A stretch of 49,253 nucleotides of DNA from Pseudoxanthomonas sp. (GCA_040508175.1 JBEVNH010000083.1:1-49253); one strand, 5' to 3'. Shown: positions 28,571 to 41,979, numbered from the stretch's first letter. Translations and numbers: made by a program. Notes: a model not told the origin generated them from the letters alone.

Positions 28571-29698
28571 TCAGGGTGTGGGCGTGGCAGGCGGGGCGGC
28601 TTGCGCGGGTGCCTGGCCAGCAGGCGCCTGACCCGCAGGTACGGCATGGGGCGCCGCCGGTGCGGCCGGGCAGCGCGGTACGCCGCCGCCGACCACGCAC
28701 TGCACGCAGCAGGTGCCGGGTGGCGCCTGCTGCGCAGGCGGGATGCCGCGCCGCCCGGTGTCGTCCTGCTCTGGCGGCGTGGGGGCTGCTCCCGGGGGCG
28801 CTGGTGTGGGCTGCAGCCGGGCCAGCTCCTCCGCGGATTTCAGCTTGAGCAACACCGCCCAGTCCTGCCGGTTGAAATTGCACGCGGCCTCGTTGTCGGG
28901 TGTGCACGGTGCCTGGCCTCCCGCGCGCTGCGGCAGGCTCCAGAACGCGCCTTTGCGGTTGAGCGGCAACAGCCGCATCGTCACCGCCTGCTGCACGTTG
29001 CCGCCAATCAGATACGCCGTGCTGTCACCACCGGGATTGGCCGCCACCACGATGTCGCAATGCATGTTCAGACCTGCGTGCCCGCTGGCGATGCGTTGCA
29101 GGCCGGTAAAGCCGAGCGCATCGCCGCGGCCGCGCACATGGCATAGCAGGTCACCCTGGGTCGGCGTTGCGATGGCAGGATCCGTCGGCAGGAACGGACT
29201 GCGCTCGGGGGCGCGGAAGGCATCGCGCACGTAGTCGATATGGCTGGCCGACAGGCGGAATGCCGGCACGCCTGCCTTGGCCATCACCCAGGACACGAAC
29301 GCGGCCGACCATGCGTAGTCCACCAGGAAACCGCGGCACAGGGGCGCCATCGTGGGATCGACCGGCGCGGTGTTGCAGCTGCCGGCGTCGCCTAGGCCCA
29401 GCTGCGACAGCAGGCCGGTCTCGCGCCAGTATTGGGCCACGCGCTGCCAGGCCGGCGTGGCCTGGTCTTCCAGCAGCGTGTCTTCGGCTTCCATGACCTG
29501 CGCGCTGGCCAGCCGGCCATCGCGATCGATGAAGGGGCGATACCACAGCAGGTGCTCGTGGCAGGCGGTGGCTGCCACGCGCGTGGCCACGTCTGGCGCG
29601 GCGGTCTGCAGTCGCAACTGCGGGCAGGCATCGACGGCGCGCGCGGGTGCGGCAAGGCACCACAGCATGATCAGCAGGCCGGCAAGCAGCAGGCGCAT
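28571..29698 (-). CDS. Exported DUF2272-like (CHAP-related) protein with Pro/Cys-rich C-terminus
   Basis: Signal peptide MRLLLAGLLIMLWCLAAPARA, AWSAAFVSWVM, SHIDY, GDLLC, HCDIVV, IGGNV. Confidence 0.8.
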   Translation of the reverse strand: MRLLLAGLLIMLWCLAAPARAVDACPQLRLQTAAPDVATRVAATACHEHLLWYRPFIDRDGRLASAQVMEAEDTLLEDQATPAWQRVAQYWRETGLLSQLGLGDAGSCNTAPVDPTMAPLCRGFLVDYAWSAAFVSWVMAKAGVPAFRLSASHIDYVRDAFRAPERSPFLPTDPAIATPTQGDLLCHVRGRGDALGFTGLQRIASGHAGLNMHCDIVVAANPGGDSTAYLIGGNVQQAVTMRLLPLNRKGAFWSLPQRAGGQAPCTPDNEAACNFNRQDWAVLLKLKSAEELARLQPTPAPPGAAPTPPEQDDTGRRGIPPAQQAPPGTCCVQCVVGGGVPRCPAAPAAPHAVPAGQAPAGQAPAQAAPPATPTP

Positions 29699-29851
29699 CG
29701 TCGTTCCTTGGCGGCGTCGGCGAACAGTGCTGGCAGCATCGGCGATGGCCTGCATGCATCGCGTGCAAGCGCAGGTGCGCCGCATGGCGGTTTTGCTTCG
29801 CCGCGCACTTGGGTGATCATGCGCGCCATGAAGGGCAGGGCGGGCGAAACG

Positions 29852-30625
29852 ATGGATGACGCACCGGTATTGAACCGGCGACAGGAGCAACTGGTCGCGC
29901 GGGTGCGCCAGCAAGGCTATGCCGAAGTCGATGGCCTGGCCACGCAGTTCGAAGTCACCCAGCAGACCATCCGCCGCGACCTGGCGCTGCTGTGCGAGGC
30001 CGGCCTGCTGCGCCGCTACCACGGTGGCGTCAGCCTGCCCTCCAGCGTGGAGAACACGGCCTACACCACGCGCAAGATGCTGCAGGCCGACGAGAAGAGG
30101 CGCATCGCTGCGGTCGTGGCCCGGCATATTCCCGACCAGGCTTCGTTGTTCATCAACCTCGGGACCACCAACGAAGCGGTGGCTGCTGCGTTGATGCAGC
30201 ACCAGGGCCTGCGCGTGATCACCAACAATCTCAACGTTGCGGTGATGATGAGCGCCAACCCAAGCTTCGAGGTGATCGTGGCCGGCGGCATGGTGCGCGC
30301 GCGCGACCAGGGCGTGACCGGGCAGCCAACGATCGACCTGGTGCGGCAGTTCACCGTGGACTTCGGCGTGATCGGCATTTCCGGCATCGAGCCGGACGGC
30401 ACCTTGATGGATTTCGATTTCCAGGAAGTGCGCGTGGCCCAGGCCATCATCGCGCACTCGCGCCAGGTGCTGCTGGCGGCCGACGCCAGCAAGCTGGGGC
30501 GTAACGCCCTGTGCCGGCTTGGGCCGATCTCGCTGGTGCACGATTGGTTTACCGATCGGCCGCCGTCCAAGGCGCTGGCCGCCACGCTGGCCGCAGGCGG
30601 CACGCGGGTGCATGTCACCTCCTGA
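29852..30625 (+). CDS. glpR: DeoR/GlpR family glycerol-3-phosphate regulon repressor
   Basis: HTH FEVTQQTIRRDL, RYHGG, GTT, ITNNL, DASK; directly upstream of glpDFK. Confidence 0.9.
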   Translation: MDDAPVLNRRQEQLVARVRQQGYAEVDGLATQFEVTQQTIRRDLALLCEAGLLRRYHGGVSLPSSVENTAYTTRKMLQADEKRRIAAVVARHIPDQASLFINLGTTNEAVAAALMQHQGLRVITNNLNVAVMMSANPSFEVIVAGGMVRARDQGVTGQPTIDLVRQFTVDFGVIGISGIEPDGTLMDFDFQEVRVAQAIIAHSRQVLLAADASKLGRNALCRLGPISLVHDWFTDRPPSKALAATLAAGGTRVHVTS

Positions 30626-30650
30626 GCCACGCCGACGGACCGGGTTTCTT

Positions 30651-30790
30651 TATGTTCGTTTCGCGTAAACGTGTGCGTCCGGCGAAGCGCAGCTGCCAGG
30701 GGGGGCGCCTGCGGCGCTCTGAGCCAAAGGACGAGTCCGCGCGTCCCCCTTCATCGCGTCATTACGTATGTTCGAAAATGTTTGTTTATG
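30651..30790 (+). promoter_or_regulatory. GlpR operator-like repeats
   Basis: TATGTTCGTT at 30651-30660 and tandem TATGTTCGAA-AATGTTTGTT at 30767-30786 match the WATGTTCGWT GlpR half-site consensus. Confidence 0.7.
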
Positions 30791-30849
30791 CTCTTCCATG
30801 ACTGATTGGCGGTGCGTGGCGGGTCGCCATGTGCATCACGGAGTGGCAG

Positions 30850-32367
30850 ATGAGCAAGCGGTTCGACGTCTTGGTGGTGGGCGGTGGCATCAATGGGGTG
30901 GGCATCGCGCGCGACGCCGTCGGCCGCGGCCTGTCGGTCTGTCTATGCGAGGCCGACGACCTGGCCTCGCACACCTCCAGTGCCAGCACCAAGTTGATCC
31001 ATGGTGGCCTGCGCTACCTGGAGCAGTACGAATTCCGGCTGGTCGGCAAGGCGCTGGCCGAGCGCGAAGTGTTGCTGCGCATCGCGCCGCACATCATCTG
31101 GCCGCTGCGCTTCGTGCTGCCGCACCAGTCGCACCTGCGGCCGGCGTGGATGATCCGCATCGGGATGTTCCTGTACGACCATCTGGGGGGCAAACGCACG
31201 CTGGAGGGGTCGCGCAAGGTCGACCTGCGCAGCGACGCCGTGGGGGCGCCGCTGAAGGATGCGCTCACGACCGGCTTCGCCTACTCCGATGGATGGGTTC
31301 AGGACGCGCGCCTGGTGGTGCTCAACGCCATGGATGCAGCCCAGCGCGGTGCCGACATCCGCACCCGCACACGCTGCGTGCAGGCCCAGCGCGTGGAGGA
31401 CCACTGGGTGGCCACGCTGGAAAGCCGCGATGGACAGCGCAGCACCATCCAGGCCGGTGCGGTGGTCAATGCCGCCGGCCCATGGGCGGTGGACTTCCTG
31501 GATGAAGCGGCCATGCTCAAGCACGGCCACTCGCTGCGCCTGGTCAAGGGCAGCCACATCGTCGTGCCGAAGATGTTCGAACACGATGCGGCCTACATCT
31601 TCCAGCAACCTGATCGCCGCATCGTGTTCGCCATTCCCTACGAGCGCGACTACACCCTGGTGGGCACCACCGACATGGAGTACCACGGCGACCCCGCATG
31701 CCCGCAGATCGATGCCGATGAGGTGCGCTACCTGTGCGAGGCAGCCAACCGCTATTTCCGCCAGGCGATCACACCAGAGGACGTGGTATGGACCTATAGC
31801 GGCGTGCGTCCGCTGCTGGAGGACGACGAGGACAACGCCTCGGAAGTCACACGCGATTACCAGCTGGAACTGGACGCGCGCGGCGCGCCGCTGCTGAGTG
31901 TGTTCGGCGGCAAGCTCACCACCTACCGCAAGCTGGCCGAAGAAGCGATGGACAAGCTGGTGTCACGGATGGGGCGCAAGGCGCCGGCGTGGACCGCGCA
32001 GGGCGCGCCCTTGCCTGGCGGCGACATGCCCGGTGGCTTCGATGCGATGCTTGCACAGCTCCGTCGGTCCCACGCATGGTTGCCCGACGCGATGGCCTGG
32101 CGTCTGGCGCGCAACTACGGCACGCGCGTCACGCAGATCCTGGGCGATGCGGCGTCGCGCGCGGACCTCGGTCAGCACTTCGGTGCAGACCTGTATCAGG
32201 CCGAAGTCGATTACCTGCGCGCGCACGAATACGTCTGCGAGGCAGAGGACCTGCTGTGGCGGCGGAGCAAGCTGGGCCTGCGGCTGACACCGGCTGAGCA
32301 GGCGCGGCTGGCCACGTATGTGGAGGCAGTCGTGACCGCGCCGCCACAGCGCGTGGCGGCGCACTAG
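30850..32367 (+). CDS. glpD: Aerobic glycerol-3-phosphate dehydrogenase
   Basis: GGGINGVGIARDA, TSSASTKLIHGGLRYLE, KGSHIV, GTTD, GVRPL, GGKLTTYR. Confidence 0.96.
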   Translation: MSKRFDVLVVGGGINGVGIARDAVGRGLSVCLCEADDLASHTSSASTKLIHGGLRYLEQYEFRLVGKALAEREVLLRIAPHIIWPLRFVLPHQSHLRPAWMIRIGMFLYDHLGGKRTLEGSRKVDLRSDAVGAPLKDALTTGFAYSDGWVQDARLVVLNAMDAAQRGADIRTRTRCVQAQRVEDHWVATLESRDGQRSTIQAGAVVNAAGPWAVDFLDEAAMLKHGHSLRLVKGSHIVVPKMFEHDAAYIFQQPDRRIVFAIPYERDYTLVGTTDMEYHGDPACPQIDADEVRYLCEAANRYFRQAITPEDVVWTYSGVRPLLEDDEDNASEVTRDYQLELDARGAPLLSVFGGKLTTYRKLAEEAMDKLVSRMGRKAPAWTAQGAPLPGGDMPGGFDAMLAQLRRSHAWLPDAMAWRLARNYGTRVTQILGDAASRADLGQHFGADLYQAEVDYLRAHEYVCEAEDLLWRRSKLGLRLTPAEQARLATYVEAVVTAPPQRVAAH

Positions 32368-32560
32368 ACGACGTTGGCTTGACCTTGCATGGGTTTCAAT
32401 GGCGGCCAGCGTCGCGCCGTTGCCACGCGCCACACACACCATCACGTCGACACCGGGAGGTTGCTGGCATGCCGAATCACACAGGACGTGCACCATGCTG
32501 TAGTGGGATGGGGCCTGATCGCATCGAGCATCATCGTCGGCCTGCAGGAAGGTGCGACGC

Positions 32561-35024
<2,464 letters not shown>

Positions 35025-35192
35025 ACAGCGCCGGGGCAGGCCGCTTCCTTGCGCTATCGGACCGCGGTCTTAACTCGATTTTCCCTGGCCGGACATCAGA
35101 CTACGCGAGGCAAAGTACGCCATTGGCGCGACCCGCGCGGTGCAACGGGCGCCGTCGGTCGCAGGGAAGACTGCAGAGGAGACGACAGGAAG

Positions 35193-35468
35193 ATGAAGAC
35201 GTTGCAAGGAGTGATGTTGGCGGCTGGCCTGCTGGGCTTGAGCCCACTCGCATCGGCCGAAGTGGTCAACCTGACCAACAGCGCCGACGGTGCCAACAAG
35301 GACGCCGCCGTGGCCGCGGTCAGGAAGAAGCTGCTGGATGCGTGCACGGACCGCAAGGGCCAGGTCGATCCAGACTCGTTCGAAGTAACCTTCGAAAGGA
35401 CCAGCACCAATCCTGATGTGCCCAAGCCGCACTACGTGGACGCCAAGCTCAAGTGCGATCTGCCGTGA
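35193..35468 (+). CDS. Small exported hypothetical protein with two Cys
   Basis: Signal peptide ending ASA, AGGAAG upstream of the ATG, coding-like codon usage, terminator downstream. Confidence 0.75.
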   Translation: MKTLQGVMLAAGLLGLSPLASAEVVNLTNSADGANKDAAVAAVRKKLLDACTDRKGQVDPDSFEVTFERTSTNPDVPKPHYVDAKLKCDLP

Positions 35469-35515
35469 GAGTACCGTCCGGCTGATCAGGCCGCGCTTGA
35501 GGAACGTGGCATCGT

Positions 35516-35540
35516 GCCCCGCGCTTGCGGGGCTTTCTTT
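35516..35540 (+). terminator. Intrinsic terminator
   Basis: GCCCCGC-gctt-GCGGGGC followed by TTTCTTT. Confidence 0.7.
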
Positions 35541-35624
35541 GTCTGGTCGCCGCGCCTCGGTCGTGTACGGATCGGGCCCGGGTTCGACGGATCGCGTGCC
35601 CGTCGTGTCGCGCAGCGCGCCCGG

Positions 35625-38600
35625 TCACCACTGTGCCACGAGGGTGCGGAAGGGCTTCGACAGCGTGATACCGCGCGCATCGAACTCGCGCGCGGGCTTG
35701 CCATCGACGGTCACCGAGGTGGGTGGGCGGCGGCTGGGCCAGAACACCTTGAGTGCGCTGCCGGCTTTCAGCCCCTTGCCAAGCGTGATCGTCAGGCGCT
35801 GGCCGTCCTGTCGGGCCTGCATCGCCAGCGTGCCGTAAGCGGTGGGCAAGCCGTCGACCTTCAGCCCAGGGCCTGCGACCCACGATGGCGGCGTGCCGGG
35901 CAGCAGCGAGAGCGCATCGTCGCCTTCGAACATCAGCATGCCGAACACGCTGCGCGCATACTCGGCGCCGATCCAGGTATGCGGCATGTCGCCCAGGTAG
36001 ATCGCGTGGCGCTTGTCCGAGTAAATGACTTCGGCCAGCTCCTGCCATTCGCGCGGCCTGCGATCGCCGACCACGTGCTGCAGCATGAACTCGGCATCCT
36101 GCGGTCGGTCCAGGTGCACGTAGGTCAGTATGTTGCGCATCTCGTACGGCGTGTACGCATACAGCGCATCGGGCGCATCGCGTTGGCGGACCTGCGCCAG
36201 ATACCGGTCGAAGGTGCGGGTCAGCGCGTCCGCTGGCAGCACGCCCTGTGCACCGGTCGGATCGAGCGCGATGGAGACGCTGGTCGGATCGCTGCCGCCT
36301 TGGTCCGCGTCGGCGGGCAGGGTGTCGCTGCCGGCCCACGCCATCGTGGCGCGGATCGAGGCGGCCAGCGCATCGTGCAGCAGCTGGTACTGCGCGCGTG
36401 CCCACCGCGCCGTCTGGTGATCGCCCCACTGCTCGGCCAGCCATGCGCCGTCGTGCCAGCCGCGCAGTGCCCAGTAGTTGTCCCAGTAGCTATGGGTGGG
36501 CACCGAATAGCCTTCGTGGCTGATCGAGGGCGCAATGAGCCCGGCGAAGCGCTCCGGCACCGGGCGATCGGCCTGGTAGCCAGGCACCAGCGTACGTTCG
36601 CGTAGTGCCTGCAGGAATTTCAACGCGCGGTTCACCTGTGGCTGATAGTCGCGCACGGTCTGCGCACCGCCATCCAGTCGCGCCACTTCGGCCACCAGCC
36701 ACAGGTATTCGCCCTGCGCGTCGTACTCCAGGTCCGAGCCGAAGCCGGTGTTGACGCTGCCATCGTCGTTGAGGATCGGCGAGACCAGGCCGTTGTCGTG
36801 CACGGCGTGGCTGCTGTACCAGTGCAGGTAGTCACGCGCGGTCTTGGCCATGCCCATGCGCAACAGCACCGCCGCCGTAGCCGAGCCATCGCGGATGAAG
36901 GAGCGGTTGTAGTTGCGCGGGCCGGGTTGCATCGCCGGGCCGCTCTGGTTGAGCAGCATGTAGGCAGCCTGCGCGCGCAGCATGTCCACCAGCGAGGGAT
37001 CGGGCAGCGACAGGCCAATCTTGCCCAGGCGCTGTTCCCACTGCGCCGCAAGCGCGTCGGCCAATGCGTCGAACTTCGCGCCCGCCTGCTCGCCATCACC
37101 AAGCAATGCGCCGACATCCAGTGCGGGTGACGCAGGCCAACGCGCGGCCTCCACCGCCTTGGCATCGATGACCTCGTTGCCCAGCGAGAAGGCCAGCACG
37201 ATGTCGCGCTGCGCGCCGGGCGCCAGTTGCACGCGGTAGCCCAGCAGGCCGGCGGCCAGTCCCTGCGGGTCGTTGACCTGTTGCGCATCCGGTGCGGAAC
37301 CTGCGGCGGCGAAGCGGGTGATCTCATCCTCGCCATGCGCACCGAATGCGGCAACGCCATGCAGGTCAGGTACGCCGATGGCCTGGAACAGCAGGCGGCC
37401 GTTGACGCGCACGCCCGCCGCCGCGTTCGCGCGTTCGATGGCCAGGTCGCGGATCGGCGAAAGCCCGCCGTTCTGCCACGGCGGGCTGACCTGCAGGGGG
37501 CGCGTCAGCAGCGACAACATGCCATCGACCTGCGTGCTGCCGGTGTTGTGCAGGCGATAGCGCACCAGCACGACAGGCGCACCGGCATGTTCGATGGCCA
37601 TCGCGCTGCTGGTCAGCGCCAGGTCCGGCTGTGGCGACCACTGCACCTGCGGCATCGGCATCCAGCCCGCGCGCAGGCGGTGGGTGATCGTCGTTTCCAC
37701 GGTGGCCGCGGCGGCACGGCCGCTGGCATCGCGCCACACCGGCTGCACCAGCGGCGCGCCCTTGAAGGCTTCCAGGTTGCCGTACTCATCAAACACCGCC
37801 TTCTGCCGTCCACCGGGGATTCCGACGACGGTCCAGTACACCTGCTGCATCTGCAGCGAGGACGGGAACAGCGCCGCGCCTTTGCCTGTGGCCGCCAGCT
37901 GGTAGCGCTTCATCGGCGTCATCACCGCCTTGGGGCCCAGCACGCGCAGGCGGGTGACGCTGGCCGGCTTGCCGTTCGCGGCACGCGTGATCATCCGCAG
38001 CGCGTGCACGGTGCGTGGCGCGTCACCGGCCAGGTAGGACGCTGTGCCGAAGGGCGTCGGTTCCTGCACCAGCGGCGTCCAGTGGCCTGCCGCATCGCGG
38101 CCTTCCAGCCTGGCGCTGGCGGGGGGATCGCCCCAGTTGACCTGAAGGCCGGCGACCTCTTGCGGCTGTGGGAACTCGATCTGCAGTCCGTCGCCATCGC
38201 GTCTCTTGCCCAGCGTGCGTGCGGTGCCGGTGGTCCAGAGCGCGCCGGTGTCGCCTTTGTCTGCCAGGCCGGTGATGCGCGGCGTCTGCGAGGCGGCCAG
38301 TGGCTGGAATTCAAAGATGCCCACGCCCCAGTCGGCGGTGCGCTCGGGGGCAGCCAGCCGCAGATAGCGCGTACGCACGGCGGGAAACAGCGCGTACTCG
38401 ACGCGGCCCGGGCTATCGGTGGTGGTGTAGATCGTGCGCCAGGCCTGGCCGTCCTCGGAGGCCTGGAGCACGTAGTGATTGGCGTGGCTGACATCCCAGG
38501 CGATGCGCACGCCGCCGATATCGGCCGCCGCGCCCAGATCCACCTGAAGCCAATGCCCGGGCGAGAACGGCCCGCCCCAGCGGGTGGCCTGATCGCCGTC

Positions 38601-38753
38601 GAAGGCATGTGCCGAGGCCAACGCCGGCGCCTCGGTGGCCGAGCTGCTGGCTTTCCAACCGTCGCGCGGCGGCAACGGATGCGGGGTGCCCTGCGCACCT
38701 TGTGCCACCAGCAGCAGTCCCAGCGCCATTCCGCCAACTTCACGCATGCCCAT
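35625..38753 (-). CDS. Exported discoidin (F5/8 type C, CBM32-like) domain protein with a C-terminal six-hairpin glycosidase-like domain
   Basis: AFDGDQATRW, WLQVDLG, RYLRL in the N-terminus; PGPRNYNRSFIRDG, EYDAQG, SISHEGY, YWDNYW, GDMPHTW in the C-terminus; GAGG RBS. Confidence 0.8.
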   Translation of the reverse strand: MGMREVGGMALGLLLVAQGAQGTPHPLPPRDGWKASSSATEAPALASAHAFDGDQATRWGGPFSPGHWLQVDLGAAADIGGVRIAWDVSHANHYVLQASEDGQAWRTIYTTTDSPGRVEYALFPAVRTRYLRLAAPERTADWGVGIFEFQPLAASQTPRITGLADKGDTGALWTTGTARTLGKRRDGDGLQIEFPQPQEVAGLQVNWGDPPASARLEGRDAAGHWTPLVQEPTPFGTASYLAGDAPRTVHALRMITRAANGKPASVTRLRVLGPKAVMTPMKRYQLAATGKGAALFPSSLQMQQVYWTVVGIPGGRQKAVFDEYGNLEAFKGAPLVQPVWRDASGRAAAATVETTITHRLRAGWMPMPQVQWSPQPDLALTSSAMAIEHAGAPVVLVRYRLHNTGSTQVDGMLSLLTRPLQVSPPWQNGGLSPIRDLAIERANAAAGVRVNGRLLFQAIGVPDLHGVAAFGAHGEDEITRFAAAGSAPDAQQVNDPQGLAAGLLGYRVQLAPGAQRDIVLAFSLGNEVIDAKAVEAARWPASPALDVGALLGDGEQAGAKFDALADALAAQWEQRLGKIGLSLPDPSLVDMLRAQAAYMLLNQSGPAMQPGPRNYNRSFIRDGSATAAVLLRMGMAKTARDYLHWYSSHAVHDNGLVSPILNDDGSVNTGFGSDLEYDAQGEYLWLVAEVARLDGGAQTVRDYQPQVNRALKFLQALRERTLVPGYQADRPVPERFAGLIAPSISHEGYSVPTHSYWDNYWALRGWHDGAWLAEQWGDHQTARWARAQYQLLHDALAASIRATMAWAGSDTLPADADQGGSDPTSVSIALDPTGAQGVLPADALTRTFDRYLAQVRQRDAPDALYAYTPYEMRNILTYVHLDRPQDAEFMLQHVVGDRRPREWQELAEVIYSDKRHAIYLGDMPHTWIGAEYARSVFGMLMFEGDDALSLLPGTPPSWVAGPGLKVDGLPTAYGTLAMQARQDGQRLTITLGKGLKAGSALKVFWPSRRPPTSVTVDGKPAREFDARGITLSKPFRTLVAQW

Positions 38754-38955
38754 GGCGCACCTCGTTTGACTTTGCTGGCGATGGTAGAAGGGCTGAAAAT
38801 CCCCGGCGAGCTGCGTTGCAGCACCATTTCGGGGATAAATCTGCATGTATCGCCCCCAGCGTGTGCGTGGCGATTGCCGTGATGCCGTCAAATCTAGCGA
38901 GGTGCCCAAACGGAATGGCGGTTATTCAAAATCGCCATTTGCTTCACTGCAGCAT

Positions 38956-39036
38956 GGCGTGGAAACTCAACGCCGTCGCCTCCCTCCCGGCGACACAAAG
39001 GCCCCGCGATCCCTCCCTCGCGGGGCCTTTCTCGTT
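38956..39036 (+). ncRNA. Candidate small RNA with two UCCCUCCC loops ending in a terminator
   Basis: Three consecutive hairpins: GGCGT/ACGCC; GTCGCC-TCCCTCCC-GGCGAC; AAAGGCCCCGCGA-TCCCTCCC-TCGCGGGGCCTTT then CTCGTT. Confidence 0.55.
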
Positions 39037-39069
39037 CTGGTTTCCTGGCACTTTTCGTGGCGCGTTTGT

Positions 39070-40377
39070 TCAGCGCGATTGCGCGCCCAGGCGCGACATC
39101 AGGATCGCCGCTCGCGTCGCTTGCCGGTCCAGACTCCCGAGATCGGCGGTCTCGCCTGGCGCATGGCTGCCTTCGCCGGCAATCCCTAGGCCGATCAGTC
39201 CATCGACATCGGCCGCGACGAAGGCGATATCGCCCGCGCCACGCTTGAGCGGGTCCAATTCCGCCATCTGCGGCAGGCCCAGGTCGCGGTTGACCGTGTT
39301 GAGCTGGGCGAGAAACGCACGGCTGCCCGCGGTGGGCGGCATCGCCGGATAGCCCTGCTCGAAACTGATGCTGGCGTCGGTCACCGGCAGGTGGCGCGCG
39401 ACAATGGCCTGCATCTTCTCGCGCACGCGCACGGTCTGTTCCTGGCTCAGCGTGCGGAAGTCGCCCTTGGCCACGGCTACCGCCGGAATGATGTTGCTCT
39501 TGCCGGTCGCGGCGACGCGCACGCCGTCGGCATCCACGTCCGCGCTCTGCCCGCCGCCGACCAGGCCGACGTTGAAGGTGAGGTTGGGCTCGGGCAGTTC
39601 CTGCCGGAACGCGGTGAGGATGCGCGAGAGTTCGTAGATCGCGCCGTCGCCGGCCCTGGCCGAGAAAATGCCGGAGCTGTGCCCGGACTTGCCGGTGGTC
39701 TTGAGCGTCCAGCTGTTGCTGGAGCGGCGGGCGATGGAGCCCATGTCCTTGCCGCCTTCCTGCGCCAGGTTCTCGAAATCCAGCGCCACATCCGCGCGCT
39801 TGCCGGCGGCGACCAGATCGGCGCGGGCGATGTCCTGCGGGTCGCCGACGTCTTCCTCGTCACCGGTCAGCACCACGTCGATGTTGGCGTCCTTGAGCGT
39901 GCCCGCCGCCTGCATGGCGCGCAGCGCGCCGAGCATCACCACCACGCCACCCTTGTCATCGCCCACGCCGGGGCCGGTGGCGGTGTCACCTGTCGCCGAG
40001 TAGGTCTGGAATGGCGCGTCGGCCTCGAACACGGTGTCCAGGTGGCCGATCAACAGCAGCCGCTTGCCGCCGGCCTTGCCGTCATGCGTGGCGATCAGGT
40101 GACCTGCGCGCTTGGCGGCCGCCATCGGCTTCCATTCCACCTTGAACCCCAGCGCTTCGAATTCCGGGCGCAGCAGTTGCCCGACCTTGGTGACGCCTTC
40201 AAGATTCATCGAGCCGCTGTTTTGGTTCACAAGCTTTTCCAGCAGTGCGACCGAGCGGCCGTGTTCGGCTTTGACCGTGTTGGCGATCTTCTGCTCGGGT
40301 GCGGACAGCGCGGCATGCGCGTCGAAAGGCATCAGTGGGGCGAGCAGCAGGGCGCGGGCACAGGCGTGGCGAAGCAT
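39070..40377 (-). CDS. Exported M20/M25/M40 metallo-hydrolase (carboxypeptidase G2-like)
   Basis: GHLDTVF, GPGVGDDKGG, GDEE, GHS, GAGD, HAPGE; signal peptide ending AHA. Confidence 0.9.
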   Translation of the reverse strand: MLRHACARALLLAPLMPFDAHAALSAPEQKIANTVKAEHGRSVALLEKLVNQNSGSMNLEGVTKVGQLLRPEFEALGFKVEWKPMAAAKRAGHLIATHDGKAGGKRLLLIGHLDTVFEADAPFQTYSATGDTATGPGVGDDKGGVVVMLGALRAMQAAGTLKDANIDVVLTGDEEDVGDPQDIARADLVAAGKRADVALDFENLAQEGGKDMGSIARRSSNSWTLKTTGKSGHSSGIFSARAGDGAIYELSRILTAFRQELPEPNLTFNVGLVGGGQSADVDADGVRVAATGKSNIIPAVAVAKGDFRTLSQEQTVRVREKMQAIVARHLPVTDASISFEQGYPAMPPTAGSRAFLAQLNTVNRDLGLPQMAELDPLKRGAGDIAFVAADVDGLIGLGIAGEGSHAPGETADLGSLDRQATRAAILMSRLGAQSR

Positions 40378-40441
40378 CGGGGACTCCATCGAAGGGGAAG
40401 GGCGAGCATAGCCGCAGCGCTTCGCCTTCGCGGAGTGCGGC

Positions 40442-40753
40442 TCAGCGATAGTGCCGGTTGGCCCAGAGCGCCCACGCCATGTAGAGCGAGAGGGTCAGCA
40501 AAGGCGCAACGTGCCACCCCTGTGAATACAGCGGTGACCTGGTGACATACAGATAGACCAGACCGGCCGCGGTCAGCAGCGACACCGCAGGCAGGCCGAT
40601 CAGCGCGGCCAGGAACAGTGGTTCGAAGTAAGCAGGTGTCGGGCCTTCCGGACTGTTGGCGATGCCAGCCCCGGAAAAGATGACCAGCATGGCCTGCACG
40701 CCGGCAAACACACACTGGGCCAGAACACCAACCACCAACAACGCAAGCGACAT
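40442..40753 (-). CDS. Small hypothetical membrane protein (about 3 TM)
   Basis: Hydrophobic segments filling the intergenic gap; start codon uncertain. Confidence 0.6.
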   Translation of the reverse strand: MSLALLVVGVLAQCVFAGVQAMLVIFSGAGIANSPEGPTPAYFEPLFLAALIGLPAVSLLTAAGLVYLYVTRSPLYSQGWHVAPLLTLSLYMAWALWANRHYR

Positions 40754-40884
40754 GCAGCACATCCCTGTGATTCGTTCGCCACGCGCAACCTGCACGTGTT
40801 CCAGGCCGGCGATTGTCGCCAAGCCGTCGCATGACGCTGCCGTCATTCACCGCGCGTGGCCGTCGCGCAGGCCACAGTACGGCC

Positions 40885-41883
<999 letters not shown>

Positions 41884-41979
41884 CCAGGGAAGCGGAATGG
41901 AGCGCACAAAAAGCTCAAGCCGGGAGCACCGGCGCCGCTAATAACCGCAGCACCTCCTGGCACCACGACCTTGCTTTCG

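Noticed and set aside
29699-30613. Apparent 680-aa fusion ORF including the DUF2272-like protein
   Set aside because: The upstream part is antisense to glpR; the real start with signal peptide is at 29698.
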